Notes under the pieces: model-generated
Database searches by the model: none
What the model was told of the DNA's origin: nothing
The model's input: only the letters and a program-made list of their open reading frames with translations
Made by a program: the position numbers and the translations under genes
In this document: piece after piece, positions 7,380-17,186 of the stretch
Position numbering within the stretch: the stretch's first letter is position 1
Layout of the letters: every line of letters begins with the position of its first letter
Origin: an uncultured Dehalococcoidia bacterium
GTDB lineage: Bacteria > Chloroflexota > Dehalococcoidia > Lucifugimonadales > UBA6927
Assembly: GCA_964637555.1 (NCBI GenBank)
Contig: CAZWTJ010000002.1
Coordinates: 1 to 59,656 of the forward strand
Reading direction: 5' to 3'
Length of the DNA: 59,656 nucleotides

Positions 7380-9632
7380 TTGAATAATTCTGTATTAATA
7401 CCAAAAAACACTTACAAAGTAGTTGGCACCAATCCCGCAAGGCATGATGCAATTGATAAGGTCACAGGAAAAGCTCAATATGGAGCAGATATTTCTTTGC
7501 CGGGTATGTTATTCGGAAAAATTCTCCGTAGCCCACATGCTCACGCTAGAATTCGTTCAATCGACATTTCTGGAGCAGAAAATTCACCTGAAGTCAAAGC
7601 TGTAATCACTGCATCAGACTTTCCTAAACAACCTCCTCCTTCTCAAATTCCAGAATTAGGAAAGCCTATTTCTCAAAATATACTCGCCTATGACAAAGTT
7701 TTTTATAAAGGGCATGCTGTAGCAGCCATATCTGCAACAAGTTTACAAGCAGCTGAAGAAGCTATAAATTTAATTAAAATTGATTATGAAATACTAGATC
7801 CAGTGACAACTGTAGAAGATGCAATTAAAGAAAATGCCCCAAAATTACATACTCACTGGAAAGACAAGGTAGATGATCCTTTAGTTTCAGGCAACATTGC
7901 ATCACATTTACAATTTAAATTCGGGGACCCAACATCTGGATTCAAAGATGCCGATATCGTGATAGAGCGTGAATTTAGAACAAAATCTGTACACCAAGGA
8001 TATATAGAACCTCATACTGCGACCGCCTCGTGGACACCAAAAGGTAGACTTTCTATCTGGTGTAGCAGCCAAGGGCAATTTGGAGTACGTGATAACACAG
8101 CATCAATACTTGGAATACCTAATTCATCAATCCAAGTAATACCAATGGAAATTGGAGGTGGATTCGGAGGCAAAAACCCAATCTATCTTGAACCAATCGC
8201 CTCGATGTTATCTAAAAAAAGCGGTTATCCAGTGAAAATGACTATGACTAGGTCCGAAATAATTGAAGCCACAGGGCCAACCTCAGGAAGTTATTGCAAA
8301 GTGAAGATTGGATCGACTAAGGATGGCAAGTTAACGGCTGCAAAAGCCTCTTTATATTTTGAGGCAGGGGCATTCCCTGGAGCCCCCATCTCAGGAGCTT
8401 CTGCCGCGATTTTTTCTCCTTACAAAATCGCTAATCTGCAAATCGATGGATTTGACGTAGTAAATAACAAACCAAAAACTGCAGCCTATCGAGCTCCTGG
8501 CGCACCTATAGCTATGTTTTCAGTCGAAAGTTTAATGGAAGAAATTGCCGCGAAACTACAAATCAACTCAATGCAATTCAGATTGTCAAATGTTGCAGTC
8601 GAAGGAGACAGAAGGGCTGATGGTCTAATTAATGGTGTCATTGGTGCAAAAGAAGTAATGGAAGCCGTTATAGAGCATCCTCATTATAAGTCACCCCTTA
8701 CAGAACCACACCAAGGTAGAGGTGTGAGTATGGGTTTTTGTCGAAACAATACTGGAATGGCAAGTGCTATCGCAAATGTTATTTCAGATGGCAGAGTCAG
8801 CTTGGTTGAAGGTTCTGTAGATATCGGAGGTAGCAGAACTGCTGCAGCCCAAATGTTTGCAGAAGTTCTCGGAATTTCGGTCGAAAATGTGATACCAAAA
8901 GTAGGAGATACTGACAGTATTGGATTTACCAGCAACACTGGTGGAAGTAGTGTTGCATATAAAACAGGATGGGCTGTTTTCGAAGCAGCAAAAGATGTAA
9001 AACGCCAATTAATAGAACGTGCGGCAAAATTATGGGATTCTAATATCAAAGATCTCGAATATAAAGATGGAATAATTGAACACAAATCAGATTCAGAATT
9101 AAAATTGACTTTCTCTGAAATTTCGAAATTGCTACCTGAAACTGGTGGTCCAGTAGTTGGTAGGGCTAATTTAAATCCCGCAGGTTCTGGCGGATCTTAT
9201 GCAGCCAATATAATAGATGTGGAAGTAGACCCTGAAACAGGAAAAGTAGACATCCTTAAAGTCACAGCATTCCAAGATGTTGGAACGGCAATATACCCAG
9301 TTCATGTAGAGGGTCAAATTCAAGGCGGAACCGCACAAGGAATAGGATGGGCACTTAACGAAGAATATTTCATGGGACCCGATGGTAGTGTAGTCAATAC
9401 AAGTCTTCTTGACTATAGAATGCCAACTTCTCTTGACTTACCAATGATAAATACAGAAATAATCGAAGTACCAAACCCAAACCATCCCTATGGAGTCAGA
9501 GGAGTGGGTGAAGCAAACATCGTTCCCCCATTAGCGGCATTAAGTAATGCGATTTTTGATGCGACAGGTGTACATATCAGAAATTTACCTATGACCCCAC
9601 AGAATGTGAAAAAATCATTAATTTCTGAATAA
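7380..9632 (+). CDS. Xanthine dehydrogenase/aldehyde oxidase family molybdopterin-binding large subunit
   Basis: 750 aa. GGGFGGK motif (EIGGGFGGKNP), AAYRAPGAP block and C-terminal catalytic-Glu block VRGVGEANIVPPLAA. TTG start with AAAGGAGA 6 nt upstream. Confidence 0.85.
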   Translation: MNNSVLIPKNTYKVVGTNPARHDAIDKVTGKAQYGADISLPGMLFGKILRSPHAHARIRSIDISGAENSPEVKAVITASDFPKQPPPSQIPELGKPISQNILAYDKVFYKGHAVAAISATSLQAAEEAINLIKIDYEILDPVTTVEDAIKENAPKLHTHWKDKVDDPLVSGNIASHLQFKFGDPTSGFKDADIVIEREFRTKSVHQGYIEPHTATASWTPKGRLSIWCSSQGQFGVRDNTASILGIPNSSIQVIPMEIGGGFGGKNPIYLEPIASMLSKKSGYPVKMTMTRSEIIEATGPTSGSYCKVKIGSTKDGKLTAAKASLYFEAGAFPGAPISGASAAIFSPYKIANLQIDGFDVVNNKPKTAAYRAPGAPIAMFSVESLMEEIAAKLQINSMQFRLSNVAVEGDRRADGLINGVIGAKEVMEAVIEHPHYKSPLTEPHQGRGVSMGFCRNNTGMASAIANVISDGRVSLVEGSVDIGGSRTAAAQMFAEVLGISVENVIPKVGDTDSIGFTSNTGGSSVAYKTGWAVFEAAKDVKRQLIERAAKLWDSNIKDLEYKDGIIEHKSDSELKLTFSEISKLLPETGGPVVGRANLNPAGSGGSYAANIIDVEVDPETGKVDILKVTAFQDVGTAIYPVHVEGQIQGGTAQGIGWALNEEYFMGPDGSVVNTSLLDYRMPTSLDLPMINTEIIEVPNPNHPYGVRGVGEANIVPPLAALSNAIFDATGVHIRNLPMTPQNVKKSLISE

Positions 9633-9663
9633 ATTTCTTTACAATATATTTCATGGTGATTGA

Positions 9664-12027
9664 TTGGATTATCTGCCACTAAAGGGCCTGAAAGTCATAG
9701 AATTACCTTCTGGACAAGCAGGCGCTTATTGTGGAAGGTTGTTTCATCAATATGGGGCTCAAGTAACTAGAATAAGTTGTCCAGCAGAAGAATCAAATGA
9801 TCTAGATCAGAATGCAGAATATTTACACATTGGGAAAAGCATTCTAGAATTCAATTTTAATTCAGATTATGACACCAAGAAGCTCAATTCTCTCCTATCA
9901 AAATGCCACATCCTAATTCATTCATCAAATTGGACTTCAAACAAAAATCTTGATCCTAAAGAAATAAATAATCCAAAATTAATTTCCATTTCAATCAGTA
10001 ATATGGGATCGAGTGGACCACTTAATAACTTAGAAACAACAGATTTAATTTTACAAGCTACTTCTGGAATTATGTCTCTATCAAGTTCTGAAAATGGGAT
10101 ACCACTTAAAATCCCCGGAAATACATCGTATTTTCACGCCGGATCTTATGCTTATTCAGCAGCATTATTCGCATTGATTGGTATGAATGAATCTGGAACA
10201 GGTTCAACAGTTGAAATTTCCGTTCTAGAGTCAATTCTACCGATCATTGCACCTTCACTTCTTCATTCCACATATACTGATTTACCTGATAATCAATTAG
10301 TCCGAACGAATAACCACCTAGTCCAATGTAAAGATGGAAAAGTTTTCATAAACAGCCGAGACCAAGCAAGTCTGGAAGTAATAGAAGCTGTTTTCAACAT
10401 CAAACTCCAAAAGCTTCCTGAGGATGATCCGGAGACTATTATTCTTCAGAATAGTATTTTAGAAGAATGTTTTCGAAACTTGACCATGAATGAAATATTC
10501 CAAAAGTTGTCCCCCCTAGGAATATTAGTTGGAATGAAATTACCATTATCAAACTTAGTCAAAAACGAACATCTAAAATCTCGTCAATTTTTCGACAATA
10601 TTGATTACTTTTCAAATGATCAAATTCCAATTCCTGGGTTGCCTTTCAAAATTATTAAATCAAGTGGAAAATCTAAAAACCATCGCCGAATTAATCAAAA
10701 ATCTTCTAATCACATGAATTTAAATTCATGTGATATTTCACATAATAAAAACCATGAATATAGAGAAAAAACTAACGCGTCAAATGAAGAGTTAAATCCA
10801 CTTCCATTGAAAAATATTAGGGTAGTAGCATTAACTCATACTTGGTCTGGCGCATTAACATCTCAATTACTTGGTTCTTTAGGTGCTGAGGTGATCCAAA
10901 TAGAATCTCCAACTCGACCAGATTTGTGGAGAGGCCCAATTGAAGACATAAATACCAATGATTATCCGTACGATTTTGATGATCAAACACCGTATAATCA
11001 TTATTACAATTTTAACGCCGTTAACCAAAACAAACTCGGAATGACTCTAGACTTAGCGTCAATAGAAGGACGAGAAAAATTTTTAGACTTGGTAAGAATT
11101 TCAGATATTGTTGTTGAAAATTTCTCATTAAGAGTCTTAAAAAACTTAAACCTAGAATTCCAAACTCTTCTCAATGTAAACCCTTCTCTCATAATGCTTA
11201 GAATGCCTGGTTATGGAACATTTGGTGAGTATTCTTTATCCCCCGCAAATGGATCATGTATTGAATTAATGACCGGAATTCCATCTATATTGAACTATTC
11301 ACCTCCGTTATCCTCCATAATGCATACTGACGTAATTGCTGGAAACCTTGGGTTAGCAGCTGTATTAACAGGATTGTTTGCAAAGTTGCATTCTGGAAAA
11401 GGGCAGTTAATCGATTTGTCACAACAAGAAACAGCATTGTCATTTTTTGGAGATATGTTAGGTGTTCGAGATCCTCAAAATCAATTCATAGAAAATGCCA
11501 GCCTTGAAATGTCACCTCACGGAGCATTCAAGTGTGCTGGAAACAATTCGTGGATAGCCATAGCAATTAGGAACGAGAAAGAGTGGCGAGCATTTTGTCG
11601 TGTGACAAAAAACAGAGTCTGGCTGAAAAGAAAAGAATTTTCTAACCTAATCAACCGCCTTAAAAACAACGTTTTATTACATGAAGTCATCAACAATTGG
11701 TCTCAAACAGTAGAAGTAGATGAAATCGAAACCTTACTCCAGTCAGCATCAATTCCTGCTATGAAAATTGCATCTATTAGTGATCTAAAAGAAAATCTTC
11801 ACCTAAAAAATCGCAATGTATTCAAGGAAATTTCTCGTAATCAACAAGAGAAAGATTATTTCGTAAATACTCCCTTCATACTTAACAATCATAGGATTAT
11901 AAATTCTCAAAAAGCTCCTGAATTTGGACAAGACAACTATCACATACTTTCCTCAATTCTTGGCCTTAGTGAGCATGAAATTGAAATTTTGCATACTAAT
12001 GAAATCACTGGAAATCATATAAAGTAA
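9664..12027 (+). CDS. Tandem-fused family III (CaiB/BaiF) CoA-transferase
   Basis: 787 aa with two complete modules. Each opens with the family N-terminus: LKGLKVIELPSGQAGAYCGRLFHQYGAQVTRI and LKNIRVVALTHTWSGALTSQLLGSLGAEVIQIESPTRPD. A Ser/Asn/Lys/His-rich linker joins them at about nt 10650-10810. Confidence 0.8.
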   Translation: MDYLPLKGLKVIELPSGQAGAYCGRLFHQYGAQVTRISCPAEESNDLDQNAEYLHIGKSILEFNFNSDYDTKKLNSLLSKCHILIHSSNWTSNKNLDPKEINNPKLISISISNMGSSGPLNNLETTDLILQATSGIMSLSSSENGIPLKIPGNTSYFHAGSYAYSAALFALIGMNESGTGSTVEISVLESILPIIAPSLLHSTYTDLPDNQLVRTNNHLVQCKDGKVFINSRDQASLEVIEAVFNIKLQKLPEDDPETIILQNSILEECFRNLTMNEIFQKLSPLGILVGMKLPLSNLVKNEHLKSRQFFDNIDYFSNDQIPIPGLPFKIIKSSGKSKNHRRINQKSSNHMNLNSCDISHNKNHEYREKTNASNEELNPLPLKNIRVVALTHTWSGALTSQLLGSLGAEVIQIESPTRPDLWRGPIEDINTNDYPYDFDDQTPYNHYYNFNAVNQNKLGMTLDLASIEGREKFLDLVRISDIVVENFSLRVLKNLNLEFQTLLNVNPSLIMLRMPGYGTFGEYSLSPANGSCIELMTGIPSILNYSPPLSSIMHTDVIAGNLGLAAVLTGLFAKLHSGKGQLIDLSQQETALSFFGDMLGVRDPQNQFIENASLEMSPHGAFKCAGNNSWIAIAIRNEKEWRAFCRVTKNRVWLKRKEFSNLINRLKNNVLLHEVINNWSQTVEVDEIETLLQSASIPAMKIASISDLKENLHLKNRNVFKEISRNQQEKDYFVNTPFILNNHRIINSQKAPEFGQDNYHILSSILGLSEHEIEILHTNEITGNHIK

Positions 12028-12077
12028 AATCGTTTCGTATATACTATCTACCAATCCATAACAAATGAGGAGAAACC

Positions 12078-13274
12078 ATGCACGATTCCGATATTGTAAT
12101 CATAAACGGTGCTAGAACACCTATAGGTAGATTCGGAGGATCATTGAAAGACTTAACAGTAATTGATTTAGCTGTTACTGCTATGACTGCAGCTATGGAA
12201 AATAGCAAAATTAATCCAGATCAAATTGATGAAGTAATTATGGGACACTCTAGACAAGCCGGATGTGGACCAAATGCTCCGAGAATAGCATCTGTGAAAG
12301 CAGGTATTCCTGACAATGTACCTGCATATGGAATCCAAATGGCATGCATAGCGGGGATGAAATCAATTATGCTAGCAGCAGACAGTATAAGACTTGGAAG
12401 ATCAGATATTGTCTTAGCCGGCGGTATGGAACACCACAGTAGCGTACCTTATCTTGCAGTTAACCAACGCTGGGGATCAAAAGTAGGTGATGTAAATTTA
12501 ATTGATGCAATGTTCAGTGATGGATATAAATGTGGAATTGAAGGGAAGTTAATGGGTGATCTAACTGATGACCTTGCCCTTAAATATGAAATAGATAGAA
12601 CAGATCAAGAGATTTTTTCTTTAGATAGCCAAAAGAAATATCAACAAGCAAAACAAAGTGGATTCTACAAAAATGTAATAGCTCCAATAGAAATTAAAAA
12701 ACCACGAGGAAATACTTTAATTATTGATGAAGATGAATGCCCCAGAGAGGATACCTCTCTGGAGGGATTAGCAAAACTCAGGCCATCATTTAACAAAACA
12801 GGAACTATCACAGCTGGTACTTCTCCACCAATATCAGATGCTGCATGCTGTGTAATTGTCACTTCCTACAAAAAAGCTAAAGAATTAAATTTAACACCTC
12901 TCGGTACAATCAAGTCATACGAAATGTCAGCGGTGGAGGCTAAATCCTTTGGTCTCGGACCAATTGAAGCATTCAAAAACGCTGTTACTTCTGCAAATCT
13001 AGAGATTGAGGATATTAAACTAATTGAAATTAATGAAGCATTTGCAGCACAGGTGATAGCTCTAAGTAAAGAATTAGACATTGATACTGACATACTCAAT
13101 GTCAATGGTGGATCAGTTGCGATGGGACATCCTACAGGAATGTCAGGTGCGAGACTGCCACTGGAATTACTACATGCTTTAAATGACCATGATAAACAAT
13201 TTGGTATAGCAGGAATTTGCGGAAATGGTGGTCATGGTGCTGCAATGGTTCTAGAAAGATTTTCATCCAATTAA
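12078..13274 (+). CDS. Acetyl-CoA C-acyltransferase (thiolase)
   Basis: Catalytic Cys block QMACIAGMKS, then NEAFAAQV, NGGSVAMGHPTGMSGARL and GICGNGGHGAAMVLE. GAGGAGA Shine-Dalgarno site upstream. Confidence 0.9.
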   Translation: MHDSDIVIINGARTPIGRFGGSLKDLTVIDLAVTAMTAAMENSKINPDQIDEVIMGHSRQAGCGPNAPRIASVKAGIPDNVPAYGIQMACIAGMKSIMLAADSIRLGRSDIVLAGGMEHHSSVPYLAVNQRWGSKVGDVNLIDAMFSDGYKCGIEGKLMGDLTDDLALKYEIDRTDQEIFSLDSQKKYQQAKQSGFYKNVIAPIEIKKPRGNTLIIDEDECPREDTSLEGLAKLRPSFNKTGTITAGTSPPISDAACCVIVTSYKKAKELNLTPLGTIKSYEMSAVEAKSFGLGPIEAFKNAVTSANLEIEDIKLIEINEAFAAQVIALSKELDIDTDILNVNGGSVAMGHPTGMSGARLPLELLHALNDHDKQFGIAGICGNGGHGAAMVLERFSSN

Positions 13275-13316
13275 TGATTCTTATGAAATTCAATTATGCA
13301 GTTCAAGTGAGGAAAT

Positions 13317-14504
13317 ATGAAAGTCAATAAAATTGAAACATTAGTTGTAAAAAATGAGCCTATACATCGTTTTGAAAATGATCCTCCAAAATATGTTGGT
13401 GGAAGATACTTATTATTTGTTTTGGTTGAAACAAGTGATGGAATTATTGGATTGGGTGAACGACCCACTGGGGGTGTCATACCAAACTCTGAAGATTTGA
13501 AATCACATGTCGAAATAATTCATGAAATCTCTAGAAAATATCTCATTGGCCAAAACCCTTTCAATATAGAAAGTTTTTGGCTCAAGGCATTTGCCGAAAG
13601 ACACGATTTAAGACATCCTAGCCTCTATTCCACTCCTGCGATCAGTGCACTTGAAATCGCATGTTGGGACATAATAGGAAAATCTACTAGTCAACCGATT
13701 TATAATTTATTAGGAGGTCAATATCACGAAACACTCAGATCATATGCCTATATGCCATCACCTAGTTCAGGTTTTTCTGAAAATCCTGAACTAGCTGGAG
13801 AAATAGCACTTCAATTAGTAGAAAGTGGTAATTCTGCATGTAAAATTGACCCTTTCCCACCCGGATTCCCATCACCTCGCAATGTTTCATTATCTGAAAT
13901 CAATGCAGCTAGAAGAATTTTCGAAAGTATTCGAAATGCTGTTGGAGATAAACTTGAGGTCGGAATTGGAACGCACGGTCAAATGACAACTTATAGTGCA
14001 ATTAGAGTTGCCAAAGCCTTAGAAGAATATAGTCCTTTATGGTTTGAAGAACCAGTACATCCAGAAAATGTCAGTGAAATGGCTCGAATCGCTTCGCACA
14101 CCAGTATTCCCATCGCAACAGGTGAAAGACTTGCGACAAAGTTCGAGTTTTCAGAAGTTCTAAAACAACAAGCTGCTCAAATAATCCAATTAGATGTGGG
14201 TCAATGCGGAGGAATATTAGAATCTAAAAAAATTGCAGGTATTGCCGAAACACATTATGCCTTAATTGCACCACACATGTATTGTGGACCTATTGCAGCA
14301 TCTGCAGCGATACAATTAGACACTTGTACACCAAATTTTTTGATCCAAGAAGCAAATCAATCACCATTACATGAAAGAATATTTACCGAACCTTTAGGTT
14401 TGAAAAATGGTCACATTGTACCTTCATCTAAACCAGGACTAGGAATTGAACTCAACATGGAAGAACTTAAAACCCGTGTAGTTGATCATCAAATTTCAAA
14501 TTAA
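13317..14504 (+). CDS. Enolase-superfamily enzyme (mandelate racemase/muconate lactonizing, galactonate-dehydratase-like)
   Basis: 395 aa. N-terminal capping domain (KIETLVV...GIIGLGE). Barrel motifs KIDPF, WFEEP, ATGERL and QLDVGQCGG carry the metal-ligand acidic residues. Confidence 0.8.
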   Translation: MKVNKIETLVVKNEPIHRFENDPPKYVGGRYLLFVLVETSDGIIGLGERPTGGVIPNSEDLKSHVEIIHEISRKYLIGQNPFNIESFWLKAFAERHDLRHPSLYSTPAISALEIACWDIIGKSTSQPIYNLLGGQYHETLRSYAYMPSPSSGFSENPELAGEIALQLVESGNSACKIDPFPPGFPSPRNVSLSEINAARRIFESIRNAVGDKLEVGIGTHGQMTTYSAIRVAKALEEYSPLWFEEPVHPENVSEMARIASHTSIPIATGERLATKFEFSEVLKQQAAQIIQLDVGQCGGILESKKIAGIAETHYALIAPHMYCGPIAASAAIQLDTCTPNFLIQEANQSPLHERIFTEPLGLKNGHIVPSSKPGLGIELNMEELKTRVVDHQISN

Positions 14505-15580
14505 TTTCTAGATCTAATATACTGCAAAGGCCAAATACTATCTTGTTGGTCTAAAATAACTTGTGCTTGCATAGGCCAATATGGATTTCGTAATAGTTCT
14601 CTTCCTAAAAATATTACATCTGATTCACCATTCTTTAGAATTTGTTCCGACTGAACTGGTTCAGTAATCAAACCAACTGATCCAGTCAATATAGATGATG
14701 AATGTCGGATGACATTAGCAAATGGAACTTGGTAACCGGGATATGAATCAATTATTTGGTCATTAGAATTGCCTCCAGAAGAACAATCAATCATATCTAC
14801 TCCAACTGTCTTTAACATCTTTGAAAATTCGATTGAATCTTCAATGTCCCAACCTCCATCAACATACTCACTAGAAGAAATCCTTGCAATCAATGGCATT
14901 GATTCTGGAATTATATTTCTAATAGTTTCGACTATTTCAAAGGCAAATTTACAGCGTCTCTTAAAATTTCCACCATATTCATCATCACGAAAATTTGAAG
15001 TGGGTGATAAAAATTGGTTTATAAGATATCCATGAGCAAAATGTAATTCCAAAACTTTAAATCCAGCCTCGACTGAATACAATGCTGAATTTCCAAAGGA
15101 AGAAATAATATGATCAATATCTTCTAAAGACATCTCATTAGGAACTAATGAGTCCGCATCAAATGCTATTGGACTTGGAGCAAAAGTTTCCCATCCATCT
15201 TCTTCAGGAAGTAACATTTCCCGATTTTTCCATGGTCTATCATGTGAAGCTTTTCGACCAGCATGAGCTAACTGAATTGCAGGAGTCGCCCCTTGAGAAG
15301 TAATAAAATTCGTTATTCGTTCAAATTTTTCTGCTTGTTTAGTAGACCAAATGCCCAAGTCATAAGGGGAAATCCTGCCTTCAGGAGAAACAGAAGATGC
15401 CTCAGCCATCACCAGTCCTGCACCACCAACTGCCCTTGTGCCCAAATGTACGAAATGCCAATCTGAAGGAACTCCATCCATATTATCTACTGAGTACTGA
15501 CACATAGGAGATACAAAAATCCTATTACGAATTGTTTCTCCACGTATCGTAATTGGAGTAAATAAATAGCTCATTATCAC
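14501..15580 (-). CDS. NADH:flavin oxidoreductase, Old Yellow Enzyme family (YqjM/NamA-like)
   Basis: LFTPITIRGETIRNRIFVSPMCQYS, HAGRKAS, LELHFAHGYLINQFLSP and SNFRDDEYGG are canonical OYE blocks. Confidence 0.9.
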   Translation of the reverse strand: MIMSYLFTPITIRGETIRNRIFVSPMCQYSVDNMDGVPSDWHFVHLGTRAVGGAGLVMAEASSVSPEGRISPYDLGIWSTKQAEKFERITNFITSQGATPAIQLAHAGRKASHDRPWKNREMLLPEEDGWETFAPSPIAFDADSLVPNEMSLEDIDHIISSFGNSALYSVEAGFKVLELHFAHGYLINQFLSPTSNFRDDEYGGNFKRRCKFAFEIVETIRNIIPESMPLIARISSSEYVDGGWDIEDSIEFSKMLKTVGVDMIDCSSGGNSNDQIIDSYPGYQVPFANVIRHSSSILTGSVGLITEPVQSEQILKNGESDVIFLGRELLRNPYWPMQAQVILDQQDSIWPLQYIRSRN

Positions 15581-15595
15581 TCTCCTGAGAAATTA

Positions 15596-15910
15596 TTATA
15601 CTGGGATAGCAATCGAAATTCTCTCGGAATCCCCAATAACTCTGGTTGTATGACCTTGTCCCGAAATATCTTCAGCAAGCATAATATCGCCGATACCTAA
15701 ATTGAATTTTGTTCCATCTCCTAAACCAATCTCTACTTGTCCTTGCAATGTAACAATGAATTGCCGACGTGGTGCTACATGCCAATCCATAAAATTACCT
15801 GCTTCATGTTTCCGAAACACTATGGAACTAGCATCCATTGACTTTGGAGGAGAATAATCAACTTCCATATGCGATTTTCCATCATCACCAGAATATAACC
15901 TATAAAACAT
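15596..15910 (-). CDS. Small cupin-domain protein
   Basis: 104 aa. WHVAPRRQFIVTLQGQVEI...GDIMLAEDISGQGHTTR fits a single cupin beta-barrel. Lies 15 nt upstream of the OYE gene. Confidence 0.6.
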   Translation of the reverse strand: MFYRLYSGDDGKSHMEVDYSPPKSMDASSIVFRKHEAGNFMDWHVAPRRQFIVTLQGQVEIGLGDGTKFNLGIGDIMLAEDISGQGHTTRVIGDSERISIAIPV

Positions 15911-15928
15911 TTTTCCTCCTGTTATTAC

Positions 15929-17086
15929 TCATCGCGTCCAAGTTCCAAATACCCCTCGATCTATTTTTTGTACATGACTAGGATTTGTTAATTCAACTTG
16001 AAATATACTAACTTCTTCGTTAGTCGGTAGAGGGGTTCTATCTTGCTCATAGCCTAACAAACCTGAAAAAATAATTCTTGTCCCATCTGCAGACCATGGA
16101 GAATGTGAAATAGAATATTGATCAAAAAACATGTAAGCAATCAACTGCATTTGACTGGGCTTAAAGTCGGGGAGATACGTAATATTTCCTTCAAGATCAG
16201 AAACAGCAAATCTAAGTGATCCATATCCTTTGTCTGACAATGTCACATAACAAATTTGGTCGCCTTTCGGTGACCAAAACATACATAACAATGGATCAAA
16301 TGTAAGAATTTCTTTAGAAAAGCTTTTGGTATCAATTACATATGTATTGTTATAGTAACCTCTCTCATTATCGAGATTTTCTGACAGTGCAAGATGTTTC
16401 CCTGATGAACTCCACATAAATGTTGCAGAGCCTTCAACATCTAGAACACTTGAAAAATCTCCTTCGATATTTACCATGCCAATATTCTGTTTATTATTTT
16501 CAGAATCAATTCCAATTAGACAAGAATTTTCTTTTGGAGACCACATTGGACACATACATAATGAAGAATTCCATCCGAGTTTGTTTATGTCACCAGAAAT
16601 AACATTAACTAAATAATATGAATCAGATACATGTGCAAACAAAAAATTAGAATCACATGACCATGAAAAATATATTGGAGCGCCGTCAATTTTCTGTATT
16701 AAATTGGAAGTGTCGCGTTCTAGAATGAATAATGTCATTCCTCCTTCGATAGTCTGAGTGATGAGCGCAATTTTTGATGAATCCGGGGACCACAAGGCAT
16801 AATGTGGAGTATCAGCTGAAATCATACCTGTCCCCACTTGATTAGTATAAATCAAATGAGGAATAGGACCATCTTGTAAATTCAACTCATACAAAGCGCT
16901 AACATCTTTTTGATTGTGTCCTGGAACGACTCGAGTTCCAGAAAAAAGTATTCGTTCATTATTTTGTGAAAACGTCGGCCATGAAAGTTGCATATCAGGC
17001 TGATGAATACTTTTAAGCAAATTTAATTCTAAGTCTACGACTTTGACATTACCCGTGTTTGTTACATAAGCGATAGCATTTGTCAT
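15929..17086 (-). CDS. PD40/TolB-like beta-propeller protein
   Basis: Repeated blade motifs WSPDSSKIAL, WSPKENSCLI, WSPKGDQICYV and WSADGTRIIFSG. No obvious signal peptide. Confidence 0.6.
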   Translation of the reverse strand: MTNAIAYVTNTGNVKVVDLELNLLKSIHQPDMQLSWPTFSQNNERILFSGTRVVPGHNQKDVSALYELNLQDGPIPHLIYTNQVGTGMISADTPHYALWSPDSSKIALITQTIEGGMTLFILERDTSNLIQKIDGAPIYFSWSCDSNFLFAHVSDSYYLVNVISGDINKLGWNSSLCMCPMWSPKENSCLIGIDSENNKQNIGMVNIEGDFSSVLDVEGSATFMWSSSGKHLALSENLDNERGYYNNTYVIDTKSFSKEILTFDPLLCMFWSPKGDQICYVTLSDKGYGSLRFAVSDLEGNITYLPDFKPSQMQLIAYMFFDQYSISHSPWSADGTRIIFSGLLGYEQDRTPLPTNEEVSIFQVELTNPSHVQKIDRGVFGTWTR

Positions 17087-17186
17087 ATATTCAGAACCTC
17101 AAATTTAATATACCAAATTTTTGGAAACTTTCATAAGATAATAAGTAACTTTTTCTAAGGTCATAAACAAGATATACTTCATAAAA

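Noticed and set aside
7380-9632. Aerobic CO dehydrogenase large subunit (CoxL) call for the Mo-enzyme.
   Set aside because: I could not find the form I active-site loop (AYxCSFR-type). The corresponding region reads AAYRAPGAP, and no coxM or coxS genes are adjacent. I kept it as a generic XDH-family large subunit.
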